Below are positions 10,186 through 21,530 of a stretch of 33,985 bases of DNA, one piece after another. Origin of the DNA: Chiloscyllium plagiosum (Eukaryota); assembly GCF_004010195.1 (NCBI RefSeq), contig NC_057720.1:19487300-19521284 (forward strand). The letters run 5' to 3'. The position numbers and the translations under genes are program-made. Every line of letters starts with the position of its first letter. Position 1 is the first letter of the stretch. Under the pieces are notes generated by a model. The model saw nothing but the letters and a program-made list of their open reading frames with translations. It did not search any database and was not told the DNA's origin.

Positions 10186-10968
10186 TACAAAGAACAAAGA
10201 AAATTTACAGCCCAGGAACAGGCCCTTCTGCTTTCCAAGCCTGAGCTGATCCAAATCTACTGTCTAAACCTGTCGCCCAATTCCCAAGCATCTGTATCCC
10301 TCTGGTCTCCACCTACTCATGCATCTGTCCAGATGCACCTTAACTGAACCTACCGTGCCTGCCTCTACTACCTCTGCTGGCAACGCATTCCAGGCACCTA
10401 CCACCCTCTGTATAAAATACTTGTCGCGTATATCCCCCTTAAATTTTTCACCTCTCACCTTGAATGCGTAACCTCTCGTTATTGAGTCCCTCACCCTGGG
10501 AAAAAGCTTACCTACCCTGTTTATACCCTTCATGATTTTGGAGACCTCAATCAGGTCCCCCCTCAATCTCCTTTTCTCTAATGAAAACAATCCTAACCTA
10601 CTCAACCTCTCTACATAGCTAACACCTTCCATACCAGGCAACATCCTCATAAATCTTCTCTGCACCCTCTCTAAAGCGTCCACATCCTCTTGGTAATGTG
10701 GCGACCAGAACTGTATACAGTATTCTAAATGTGGCCAAACCAAAGTCTTGTACAATTTTACCATGGCTTGCCAGCTCTCATACTCAATATCCCGTTTGAT
10801 GAAGGCAAGCATACCATATGCCTTCTTGACCACTCTATCCACCTGTGCAGCCACCTTCAGGGTACAATGGACCTGAACTCCCAGATCTCTCTGCTCATCA
10901 ACGTTTCCCAAGGCTCTTCCGTTTACAATATAGTTCAGTCTAGAATTAGACTTTCCAAAATGCATTAT
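10186..10968 (-). mobile_element. CR1 3' fragment (another subfamily) with uninterrupted ORF2 C-terminus
   Basis: 10968-10264 is open: MHFGKSN...QRDLGV...LYKTLVWPHLEYCIQFWSPH...WNALPAEVVEA. Tail ACAAAGAACAAAGA. Confidence 0.92.
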
Positions 10969-11499
10969 TATTATATTGCATTGATGGGGCAGTGGGGAGT
11001 AGCAGTGAGTGGCATGTCTAAGGGGGTGGTGGGGGGGCAGTGAGGGGAAAGTGAGTGCGGCAGTGAGGGGGCAGTTAGTGGCAACACCCATCAATGAGAC
11101 TCAAGTTTAACAACATCAGGATGTCATGCAAATATATTGCAGCAAAATGTGGTTTAGAACAGATTGTAAATGGAACATCTGAAAATTAGCAACGAGCCAT
11201 GCTAATTTCTAAAAGTACTTCATGATTAAGTAATGGGAATCTTCACTAAGTACAGCAGCCAAGTGATGTACAGTACAACACTAAGTATTTAAAAAGCAAG
11301 AAAGCAATGTAAGGATAGGGATTTCCATACCGGGTGAGTCACAATTGCCCAAGTCTAGACATTCCATGTACTTACATTCTCCCTTCTTCAATCCAGCAAG
11401 AGGATCTGCAGATGCTGGCCGTCCCTGTCTTACAATTAGATGTTCTGCCCCTCCTGAGTCCAGTCATGATTGGAAGGTGATTCTGCCATGGAGTAATGA

Positions 11500-11825
11500 T
11501 CAAGTTGTTTTTAAAGATGAAAACATTCAATAGGGAGGTGCAAATGAACTACTTTCACTGGTGGAGGAATCCAGAGGAAAGGGATATAAACTTTAAATTT
11601 GAGCTAAAACACCAGGAGTGAAATTAAGAAACAAATTTTCACACAAAGGGCAGTGGAAATCTGCAATTCTAGCCTGTAAAAAGTAGGGATGCTGACTCAA
11701 TTGGAGTTCTCAAGGTGGAAAGCTTTCTGTTAGTGAGGATATGAAGGTGGGGAGTAAAGTGGAGTTGAGCTGCAGATCCACTGTGATTTGCTCAAAGTGT
11801 GGAATGGCTTACTCCTATTTCTAGT
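11500..11825 (+). mobile_element. Old degenerate CR1 3' end
   Basis: TTTTCACACAAAGGGCAGTGGAAATCTGCAATTCT corresponds to FTQRAVEIWNS; ends GGCTTACTCCTATTT. Confidence 0.6.
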
Positions 11826-11901
11826 TTCAATCTTTACCCTCAACCACACTTCCTGAAAATTGGAGAGGATTCAGGAGTGGAATATCTGACTGATGTGCCT
11901 T

Positions 11902-12162
11902 CATAGAATCCCTAAAGTGTGGAAGCAGGCCATTCAGTCTATCAAGGCCACACCAACCCTCCAAAGAGCATCCCACCTGGGCCACCCCCTTACCATGTCC
12001 CTGGAACACTACATTTCCCGTGGACAATCCACCAAAGCTGCACATCTTTAGACTGTGGGAGGAATGTACAAACTCCACACAGACAGTCACCCAAGGCTGG
12101 AATTGAACCCGGGTCCCTAGCTCTGTGAGGCAGCAGCGCTAACCACTGAGCCACTGTGCCAC
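11902..12162 (-). mobile_element. HE1-like V-SINE (internally deleted)
   Basis: Minus-strand A box TGGCTCAGTGG and B box GGTTCAATTCC; CR1-like tail. Confidence 0.85.
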
Positions 12163-12354
12163 TCCAAACAGCCCTTCATGATGGCATATTAGACTCAACC
12201 ACCTACTGAGACCGAGAAAACTTAGCACAAGTTCGGAGCTACGTCAGGGACTTTCTGGTTTTGTGTGGCTCAATTTCACATTAGGCTGTGTGCCACCAAA
12301 GAACCTATGGAGCTGTCAAAGGCATTCTTGCTTTATCTTGTTAGTTGAAAGCAC

Positions 12355-12748
12355 TGAATAGGCTGGGGTTGTTTTCCCTGGATAGCAGAGGCAGTGGGAT
12401 GACCTCATAGTTGTTTATAAATTGATTAGGTGCATGGATAGGGTGAGTAGACTAGGTCTTTTTCCCAGGGTGGGGGAGTCCAGAACTAGAGGCATAGGTT
12501 TAAGGTGAGAGGGGAAAGATTTAAAAAGGCAACTTTTTCACACAGATAATGGTGCGTGTATGGAATGAGCTGGTACAATGACAGCATTTAAAAGGCATCT
12601 GGATGGGTATATGAATAGGAAGTGTTTGGAGGAATATGGACTAAATGCTAGCAAATGGGATCTGTTTGATTTAGGATACTTGGTCAGCATGGACAATTTG
12701 GACTGAAGGCTCATGTTGTCCATGCTGTAAATCCCTATGAGTCTGTGA
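12355..12748 (+). mobile_element. CR1 (HER1-like) 3' fragment
   Basis: Homologous to 5452-5888 with small deletions. Confidence 0.85.
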
Positions 12749-13434
12749 CTGTATTGTGGACTCACTTCATGCATAAAGATACAGGTTAGCAATTTGGGTA
12801 TTGCAAAAAATAACACGTGTTTTCAAACCACAGAACTCATGGAGGCTGCTGCCGCTATAGTGTTGGCACCTGCAAGTGGTTTACGTGCCATAGTGTTCCA
12901 TTACAACACCCTATGGACAGGGTACCTCATATCCTGGGTTCTTACTTCTAACACATGGATGTGCTGTTTACTGTCTGCTCTCCTCAGTGAACAGAACTGA
13001 ATGCAAATGGACAATCAGAATAAGGAACCATAGAATGGCTGGAGGAAGATTTAATTCAGTGGTTTGAAGCACAGAAAATGCACAGTAGAGAGTAACATGT
13101 TAGAGAACTGAGGAAAACAGGAAAATTCCTCTCCCCAACAAGTGACAACATAAAGACTAAAATAAGAACTCATTCCAACAGTGGAGCTCTGTAAACTGAT
13201 GATTGTTAAACCTTGAAATTTAGGAACCCGTAGAAATAGACTGAGGCATGTAGAGATATGTATCACCGGAGAATAGAAACCTTAATCTCTTCAATTCAGT
13301 AATGAGATGTTTCAGCAGAGCCCCATTCTCACTCACTCATTATTGCTAATGTGTACCTCCAGCAGAAACTGGGTTATGACAGTCCTTGCCAATCACACCA
13401 AGAGTAATTAATGAGATTACTCATAGCTCCTCTT

Positions 13435-13560
13435 CACATATTTTCTTATCAACCTGTTCAGTGATATTATTACACACCTCTGGTTCAGGTGGGACTTGAA
13501 TCCAGGCCTCTTGGCTGAGAGGTAGGGACATTATCACTATACCCTTTAGCTCCTTACTAT
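13435..13560 (-). mobile_element. Old tRNA-derived SINE head
   Basis: Homologous to 31600-31680 (CAACCTGTTCAG...CAGGTGGGACTTG); B-box-like GATTCAAGTCC on the minus strand. Confidence 0.5.
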
Positions 13561-13679
13561 AACCCCATTGCTGCATCTCCCAGTTGATAACATGAAATAC
13601 ATTTAACAATAAATGGATAGTTGCTCAGATCAAATTGAACTTGGGCAGTTGCCCTGAAGAGGTGTACCTGACATTAAGC

Positions 13680-13937
13680 TTAAATTGCCGACCCCTCCAG
13701 GATGGGTCCGGAGTCTCTAGAAATTGAAGATTAATCTGCTGAATCGTGGTGCAAGCAATCCATAAAAGAAAACCATCAGGACATGAAAAGTAATCCGTTG
13801 CTTTTTTCTAAGTTTCTTTGAACATTTTCATATTATTGTAACAATGCTGCAGATGGAGAAAGGATTTTCTAAATGATCCAGTTGGTTGAAGGCTCAAGTT
13901 CATGTGATAAAACCTGCAACTAGAGTTGGCAATCCTA
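13680..13937. mobile_element. Possible ancient MITE/DNA-transposon remnant
   Basis: Imperfect terminal inverted repeats ATTGCCGAC (left) and GTTGGCAATCCTA (right), resembling TAGGGTTGCCAAC-type ends. Confidence 0.3.
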
Positions 13938-15708
13938 CTTAAGGCAAGAATTCTTGGCTGAATCTCATGCACACACAGTTGCATTGCACTTTTATTAATA
14001 TAGACAGTGGAAAACATACATTGCCAACTCGCATGAATGGGTTGAGAGGTTAAAAGCAGAAGGCAGGTCGAAGTTGAGTAGAGTTATATATGTAGAGCTG
14101 AATTTTCCCAGGCCCTGATTGCCAAAGGTAATTGCAAGACAATGGGAAAGTACAGTGAGATTAGAAAACTTAGATTCTCAGTATCAAGAAAGACACCAGA
14201 AATGATAAACAAGAATGAAAGCTACTAAGTGGAAGTGCCTGTCAATGTTTTATACATTAAGCTTTCCATATGATGCATGCCACAGCCTTGAAACTGGAAG
14301 CATAATGGGATTTTTACACTTCATTTTTTGAAAAAGCCCTCACTTTTGTTTTACAAAATCTGTGCTTACACTTAAGGTCAAAGGAGAGAATAAAATCCTC
14401 CGACCAAGTAACGTGAGAAATAGTGAAAATGACTTGTCTGTTTGGTTCATTGTTGCTATGTCAGATGCATTGATATCTCAGTAAAATGCACTGTGTCAAA
14501 ACACTTCACCTTACCTTATCGTTATGCTAATGTTCAAGGATGAATTTCTTAGTAACTGCTCCTCTGGGGGAAAGGTTGAGAATTCCTCTGAATGCTATGT
14601 ATAAATTTGTTCGTGAACATCTTGTTTTCTGTATGGTGCTTGGAATAGTGAATTTACTTTGCAGCAAGGGTATGCAAGGCTTTGACAACATCGCATACTG
14701 AATTGTGTGTTACAGAGAGGGAGTCAAGATATACAGTTTAAATCTGTGTTTACTCAAATTTGCTAATGCAAATGGACCTCTGAATTTGATTTTAGAATTA
14801 ACAAGCCAGTCAAGTAATAAACTGCTATTTATTTCCGACCCTGAGCCCAAAAAGTTCAAACGAGACAAAACTACATGTTAGAAATGCAAGCTCAAATAAG
14901 ATCCCCATTGTCTGTAGCTTCTTAGGGTAAAATGCCAGGGCTTGTGAGTGACACATGACCTCCAGATTGCAGTTTAGAGCAAATTAACAATTTCATTTGA
15001 ATTACGGAGCAGAAGAAAACTGCACACATTCACAACTGGGCTAGTCACAGGAACAATGGAATTCCCACCCTCTACTCGGGGCCTTTGTCATTCAGCCCAC
15101 ATCGTTAGGAACTATTTCAGTTAGAATTGACCATTGACAGAATGCTTAGGAAACACTAGGAATAAAACAGATTGTAATTTACAATCATCTGTCAAAAAGT
15201 GAAGTCTGACACTCTGATGCAGAGTGGTTTTTAAGATGAGTGTGCTGGATTTCATGTTCACCTTCCTGGGTAAGGATAATGAAATGTCCCAGAAGAGGGA
15301 AAACTCTTGGTAGGCAAAACTAAATCTCCCTATATTCACAGATTTATATCTGACCAATTCTTAAGGAGTTGAATTGACAGTCACGTGTACTGAGGCACAT
15401 TGAAAAACTTTGTCTTGCGAGCAATACAGAAGATCACAGAGTTAAGTAGCATAGGTAAGCAAATAATAGGTAAACAACAGCAAAAACAAAAACACAGGTA
15501 CAGGCGAATGTTAAGAGTTTGTGAGTCCATTCAGTATTCTAACAACAATTTCCACCTGAATTTTCTGCTGCAATCTCTAAGGGAAAGTCTTTTAGTGAAG
15601 AGTTGTATATTTTTTATTCAGTCATAGAATGAGGGCATTGCTGGCTAGGCCAGCATTTGTTGCTGATCCCTAATTGCCCAGAGGGCAGTTGAGAATCAAT
15701 CACATTTG

Positions 15709-16352
15709 TCATAGAGATGTACTGCATGGAAACAGACCCTTTGGTGCAACCCGTCCATGCCGACCAGATATCTCAACCCAATCTAGGCCCACCTGCCAGC
15801 ACCCGGCCCATATCCCTCCAAACCCTTCCTATTCATATAACCATCCAAATGCCTCTTAAATGTTGCAATTGTACCAGCATCCACCACTTCCTCTGGCAGC
15901 TCATTCCATACATGTACCACCCTCTGCGTGAAAAAGTTGTCCCTTAGGTCTCTTTTATATCTTTCCCCTCTCACCCTAAACCTATGCCCTCTAATTCTGG
16001 ACTCCCTGACCCAGGGAAAAGACTTTGCCTATTTACCTTATCCATACCCCTCATAATTTTGTAAACCTCTATACGGTCACCCCTTCAGCCTCCGACGCTT
16101 CAGGGAAAACAGCCCCAGCGTGTTCAGCCTCTCCCTATAGCTCAAATCCTCCAACCTTGGCAACATCCTTGTAAATCCTTTCTGAACACTTTCAGGTTTC
16201 ACAACATCTTTCCGATAGGAAGGAGACCGGAATTGCACGCAATATTCCAACAGTGGCCTAACCAATGTCCTGTACAGCTGCAACATGACCGCCCAACTCC
16301 TGTACTCAATACTCTGACCAATAAAGGAAAGTGTACCAAACGTCTTCTTCAC
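15709..16352 (-). mobile_element. CR1 (HER1-like) 3' fragment
   Basis: LQLYRTLVRPLLEYCVQF...FFTQRVVHVWNELPEEVV; tail TCATAGAG on the plus strand. Confidence 0.92.
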
Positions 16353-16464
16353 TTGCTCAACAATTGATAACAGTCATCATTAGAATCTTAATTCTGGGTT
16401 TTTATTGGATTCAACTTCCACCATCTGCCTTGGCGGGATTCAAACTGAGGTCCCCAGAACATTA

Positions 16465-16690
16465 AGTAAAAACTGAAAAACAGAAACAAAAACAGAAATT
16501 GCTGGAAAAGCTCAGCAGGTCTAGCAGCATCCATGGAGAGACATTAGAATTAACATTTCGGGTCGTGTGACTCTTCCTCAGAGGTTCTCAGATCTGAGCA
16601 AGGGTCACTCGACCCAAAACATTAACTCTGATTTCTCTCCACCGATGCTGCCAGACCTGCTAAGCTTTTCCAGAAATTTCTGTTTGTGTT
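16465..16690. mobile_element. Fold-back PLE-type cassette with two back-to-back hammerhead-like arms and 12-bp TSD
   Basis: Arms about 16484-16582 and 16593-16690 are imperfect inverted repeats. Minus arm CTGAGGAAGAGTC-ACAC-GACCCGAAATGTT; plus arm CTGAGCAAGGGTC-ACTC-GACCCAAAACATT. TSD CCCAGAACATTA 16453-16464 / CCCAGAGCATTA 16691-16702. Confidence 0.75.
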
Positions 16691-16927
16691 CCCAGAGCAT
16701 TACCCGATTCTCTGGAATAGTCCAACAATAATAACGCATCCCCCTTTCACAAAATGCCCTGGAAAGTCTTTCAGACACAAACACAGCTCTTAGCATATGG
16801 GGCAGATTTTTCATTTCAGAAACGGATTAAGCTATTCAACTATTCCTTTGTTTCCAGACACTGCTATCTCTACAATCTTCTCCAGACCACAACTCTTTGA
16901 GATATCTGGTTCTGATTCCTCAAAATT

Positions 16928-17243
16928 TAGATTAGATTAGATTACCTACAGTGCGGGAACAGGCCCTTCGGCCCAACCAGTCCACACCGAACCTCCAAAG
17001 AGTAACCCACCCAGACCCATTTTCCGCTGACTAATTGACCTAACACTATGGGGCAATTTAGCATGGCCAATTCACATGATGTGCACATCTTTGGACTGTG
17101 GGAGGAAACTGGATCACTCGGAGGAAACCCACACAGGCACAGGGAGAATGTGCAAACTCCACACAGATAGTCACCCGAGGCTGGAATTGAACCTTGGACC
17201 CTGGTGCTGTGAGGCAGCAGTGCTAACCACTGAGCCACTGTGC
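16928..17243 (-). mobile_element. HE1-like V-SINE, full length
   Basis: A/B boxes, V-domain, and (TAGAT)n tail on the plus strand. Confidence 0.9.
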
Positions 17244-17860
17244 TGACTTTTTTTTAAAAAAGTATACTTTATTCATAAAATATCTACAAGTATATTCCAA
17301 AACATTGCAAATTGGGCACTATGAAAAATGTGATCAAATGCAATTTTCATCCATTTACCATATTGCTCAATCCAATTGCAATATATTAGACCTTTACTGT
17401 ATGAATTTAGTGAGGTGCATACAGCCTGAGGTATCCTATAAGTCACCAAACCCCTTGATACAGTGTAGCTGAAAGACCTTAGACCATGACATTTCCTACT
17501 GCATTGCCAATTTTATTTTTCCCTTTCGAAAAATATACTTCATTCATAAAATTTGTAAAATAAATTGCAAAAGGTCTAATATATTGCAATTGGATTGAGC
17601 AATATGGTAAATGGATGAAAATTGCATTTGATCACATTTTTCATAGTGCCCAATTTGCAATGTTTTGGAATATACTTGTAGATATTTTATGAATAAAGTA
17701 TACTTTTTTTAAAAAAAAAGTCAGCACAGTGGCTCAGTGGTTAGCACTGCTGCCTCACAGCACCAGGGTCCAAGGTTCAATTCCAGCCTTGGGTGACTGT
17801 CTGTGTGGAGTTTGCACATTCTCCCTGTGCCTGTGTGGGTTTCCTCCGGGTGCTCCAGTT
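17107..17860. repeat. Inverted duplication: arms 17107-17395 and 17570-17860, spacer 174 bp
   Basis: The inner 135 bp of the arms are identical reverse complements. The outer part differs by 4 substitutions and 2 homopolymer-length changes. Confidence 0.95.
17250..17510 (-). mobile_element. Probable L1/Tx1-like 3' end
   Basis: Minus strand ends TATGAATAAAGTATACTTTTTTAAAAAAAA (polyA signal plus A tail). A second diverged copy of this end is at 17525-17560. Family assignment is from memory. Confidence 0.45.
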
Positions 17861-18059
17861 GAGCCTTAATAAAAATCAACTTGTCCTCCCTCAGGCGATG
17901 TCCCTTAAGAAGAACGTACAGTGTAAAATAAGAGTATTGAAAATGTTTTGAGGCACATCAGAGTGCAGCATGGTGTATAAAGAAACATGTTAATCTCATG
18001 ACCAAATTGAATTGTGTTCGCCCTGGGCACTGTGTACTTGACATGGAAAGCAATTTGTA

Positions 18060-18240
18060 AATTTTAAGTATTCCTAACTTCAATTGCTCCAATTGTGCTA
18101 CCAAGACCTTCAGTCCAGGATTTCCCTCCCAGACCCTTCTCTTTTCTCCTTCAAGATGTTCCTTGACACATATCTGTTTGATCAAGTTTTTGGCTCTCTG
18201 CTCTAATTTCTTCCTATTAAGGTTGCATCTACCTTAGCAT
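18060..18240 (+). mobile_element. Degenerate L2-like 3' fragment
   Basis: CCTTCAAGATGTTCCTTGACACATATCTGTTTGATCAAGTTTTTGG corresponds to an FK..L.TYLFDQ.FG L2-type ORF2 end. Confidence 0.5.
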
Positions 18241-18435
18241 TTACCCTGTACCTAAGAACATTTCCCCTAAGAAGCTTTATGTTTCAATAAGGTTCCTTCA
18301 AGTGAGTGAGTACAGCACAATCCAGTGGAATTACCATTCACACCACCAGGAAAATCCTATATGGGGCACCAATCAATTTCAGAAATACAGAATTAAACTT
18401 CTTAACATTGATTGTAGAGAGAGTAGGCTTGCTTT

Positions 18436-18914
18436 TAACTTCCCACTCCACGAAGGACATGCAGATCCTGGGCATCTGCCATCACCAAACCCTTACCAGC
18501 CGACGCCTGGAGGAAGAACACCTCATCTTCCACCTCGAGACCCTGCAACCACACGGGATCAATGTAAATTTCACCAGTTTCCTCATTTCCTCTCCTCCAA
18601 ACCTTATCCCAGTCCCAAGCCTCCAACCTGTTACCGCCCCCTTGAATGGTCCTACCTGTCCATCTTCCTTTCTTCCCATCCATCCGCTCCACCTGCACCT
18701 TCATCTACCTATCACATTCCCAGCTTCCTTCTTCCCAACCCCACCCCCCCTCCCATTTATCTCTCAGCCCCGACCCACAAGCCTCATTCCTGATGAAGGG
18801 CTAATGCCCGAAATGTTGATTCTCCTGCTCCTCGGATGCTGCCTGACCTGCTGTGCTTTCCCAGCATCACATTCTCGACTCTGATCTCTGGCATCTGCTG
18901 TCCTTACTTTCTCC
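18436..18914 (+). mobile_element. Penelope-like (Neptune-type) 3' end with complete terminal repeat and tail
   Basis: SHSTKDMQILG...RRLEEEHLIFHLETLQPHGINVNF; HHR-like CTGATGA 18790-18796 ... GAAATGTT 18810-18817; tail GCATCTGCTGTCCTTACTTTCTCC. Confidence 0.85.
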
Positions 18915-19637
18915 TTACTTTTAACTTGTTGATATAAATGTTCTTCTCCCTCTTAGGCAGTCTGTCAGGATCAAGGATGCTGACTGTCCTTCACTCTGAC
19001 CTAATGGGTTGGCTGGTAAGGGCAATACATGACCTACAGTCACTGCCACATGTGGGGCAGCTGGTGCTTGAAGGGTTGAGTAAATGGGTTGTTCGGAAAT
19101 TTGTATCCTCCCTCTAGGGGCCTTGACTTTGCCTCTGGACAGTCCCGCAAGGTATTTGGTGCCTTTTTGAAAAAGTATTCTCCATTGCAATTCGCTGCAA
19201 ACCAGGGTCTCTGTGTGGCATCAAATTGGAACCCACAGACTAATGGAACCATTAGCACCTCAGCAATCTTGGGCCAGCCTGAATTTGCCAATCTGTCCCA
19301 GCCTGAAGTTCTATCACACACAGAATGGGATCATAGAATGCTGTGGCTAAGAAGGAGATCTGTCAGCCTGTCAAATCTGTGCTGGCTTTCTGCATGAATG
19401 TCTTTAGTGGTCCCTTTCCTGCCGTTTCTCTGCGGCCTTAGTAATCTACACGCTGCTCATACACACAATGACTCACATGCAGGAAGGTAAGCTGGACACC
19501 AGCCCTGCAATGAGCTTCTTCACTCCCAGAATGAATTCACTGCCAACTCTCCCCATCAGTCAGTAACCCAACAGTTAAAATCAGCATTTCTGCATTACAC
19601 GCTTTATGTCACAAACTTGGTTGTGCACTGTATTTTT

Positions 19638-21530
19638 TATAGAGTCATAGAGATGTACAGCATGGAAACAGACCCTTCGGTCCAACCCATCCATGCTGAC
19701 CAGATATCCCAATCCAATCTAGTCCCACCTGCCAGCACCTGGCCCATATCCCTCCAAATCCTTTCTATTCACATACCCATCCAAATGCCTCATAAATGTT
19801 GCAATTGTACCAGCCTCCACCACATCCTCTGGCAGCTCATTCCATACACGTACCACCCTCTGCATGAAAAAGTTGCCCCTTAGGTCTCTTTTATATCTTT
19901 CCCCTCTCACCCTAAANNNNNNNNNNNNNNNNNNNNNNNNNNNNNNNNNNNNNNNNNNNNNNNNNNNNNNNNNNNNNNNNNNNNNNNNNNNNNNNNNNNN
20001 NNNNNNNNNNNNNNNNNNNNNNNNNNNNNNNNNNNNNNNNNNNNNNNNNNNNNNNNNNNNNNNNNNNNNNNNNNNNNNNNNNNNNNNNNNNNNNNNNNNN
20101 NNNNNNNNNNNNNNNNNNNNNNNNNNNNNNNNNNNNNNNNNNNNNNNNNNNNNNNNNNNNNNNNNNNNNNNNNNNNNNNNNNNNNNNNNNNNNNNNNNNN
20201 NNNNNNNNNNNNNNNNNNNNNNNNNNNNNNNNNNNNNNNNNNNNNNNNNNNNNNNNNNNNNNNNNNNNNNNNNNNNNNNNNNNNNNNNNNNNNNNNNNNN
20301 NNNNNNNNNNNNNNNNNNNNNNNNNNNNNNNNNNNNNNNNNNNNNNNNNNNNNNNNNNNNNNNNNNNNNNNNNNNNNNNNNNNNNNNNNNNNNNNNNNNN
20401 NNNNNNNNNNNNNNNNNNNNNNNNNNNNNNNNNNNNNNNNNNNNNNNNNNNNNNNNNNNNNNNNNNNNNNNNNNNNNNNNNNNNNNNNNNNNNNNNNNNN
20501 NNNNNNNNNNNNNNNNNNNNNNNNNNNNNNNNNNNNNNNNNNNNNNNNNNNNNNNNNNNNNNNNGATCTATCCTGTCTATACCTGACATATGCTTCCTTC
20601 TTTTTCTTAACCAAACCCTCAATTTCTTTAGTCATCCAGCATTCCCTATACCTACCAGCCTTTCCTTTCACCCTAACAGGAATATACTTTCTCTGGACTC
20701 TCATTATCTCATTTCTGAAAGTTTCCCATTTTCCAGCCATCCCTTTACCTATGAACATCTGCCCCCAATCAGCTTTTGAAAGTTCTTGCCCAATACCGTC
20801 AAAATTGGCCTTTCTCCAATTTAGAACTTCAGCTTTTAGATCTGGTCTGTCTTCTTCCATCATTATTTTAAATCTAATAGAATTATGGTCGCTGGCCCCA
20901 AAGTGCTGCACCACTGACACCTCAGTCACCTGCCCTGCCTTATTTCCCAAGAGTAGATCAAGTTTTGCACCTTCTCTAATAGGTACACCCACACACTGAA
21001 TCAGAAAATTTTCTTGTATATGCTTAACAAACTCCCCTCCATCTAAACCTTTAACACTATGGGAGTCCCAGTCTATTTTTGGAAAATTAAAATCCCCTAC
21101 CATAACCTCCCTATTATTCTCACAGATAACTGAGATCTCCTTACAAATTTGTTTCTCAATTTCCCACTGACTATTAGATGGTCTACAATACAATTCAATT
21201 AGGTGATTATCCCTTTCTTATTTTTCAGTTCCACCCAAATAACTTCCCTGGATGTATTTCCGGGAATATCCTTCCTCAGTACAGCTGTAATGCTATCCCT
21301 TATCAAAAACGCCACTCCCCCTCCTCTCTTGCCTCCCTTTCTATCCTTCCTGTAGCATTTGTATCCTGGAACATTAAGCTGCCAGTCCTGTCCATCCCTG
21401 AGCTAAGTCTTTGTAATTGTTATGATACCACAGTCCCATCTTCCTAACCATGTCCTGAGTTCATCTGCCTTCCCTATTACACCTCTCGCATTGAAATAAG
21501 TGCAGTTTAATTTATCAGTCCTACTTTGTT
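19638..21530 (-). mobile_element. CR1 LINE (outer element): 3' end left of the gap, endonuclease/linker right of the gap
   Basis: 19638-19916 is the 3' end. 20565-21500 encodes the APE motifs VMVGDFNFPKIDW, LDLLL and SDHNSI. Linkage across the gap is inferred. Confidence 0.85.
19917..20564. other. Assembly gap (648 N)
   Basis: Run of N. Confidence 1.

Larger units (their letters stand above)
15606..16735 (-). mobile_element. Older SINE (15606-15709, 16355-16464, 16691-16735) hosting two younger insertions
   Basis: Segments are collinear with the SINE at 3928-4575. Confidence 0.55.

Noticed and set aside
10985..11085. G-rich GGCAGTGAG-type repeat / G-quadruplex
   Set aside because: Short low-complexity tract with no evidence of function.
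10264..11094. 276-aa ORF as a domesticated gene
   Set aside because: 5'-truncated CR1 C-terminus lacking the catalytic motif; the N-terminus is chance read-through of low-complexity flank.
12834..12931. Possible exon MEAAAAIVLAPASG…
   Set aside because: Weak splice signals and unrecognised peptide.
17723..17790. tRNA gene (also other A/B-box heads)
   Set aside because: Runs directly into the SINE V-domain; no complete cloverleaf or terminator seen.
19864..21193. Long ORFs of 236-428 aa
   Set aside because: Artefacts of the N run; the real part is CR1 endonuclease/linker.
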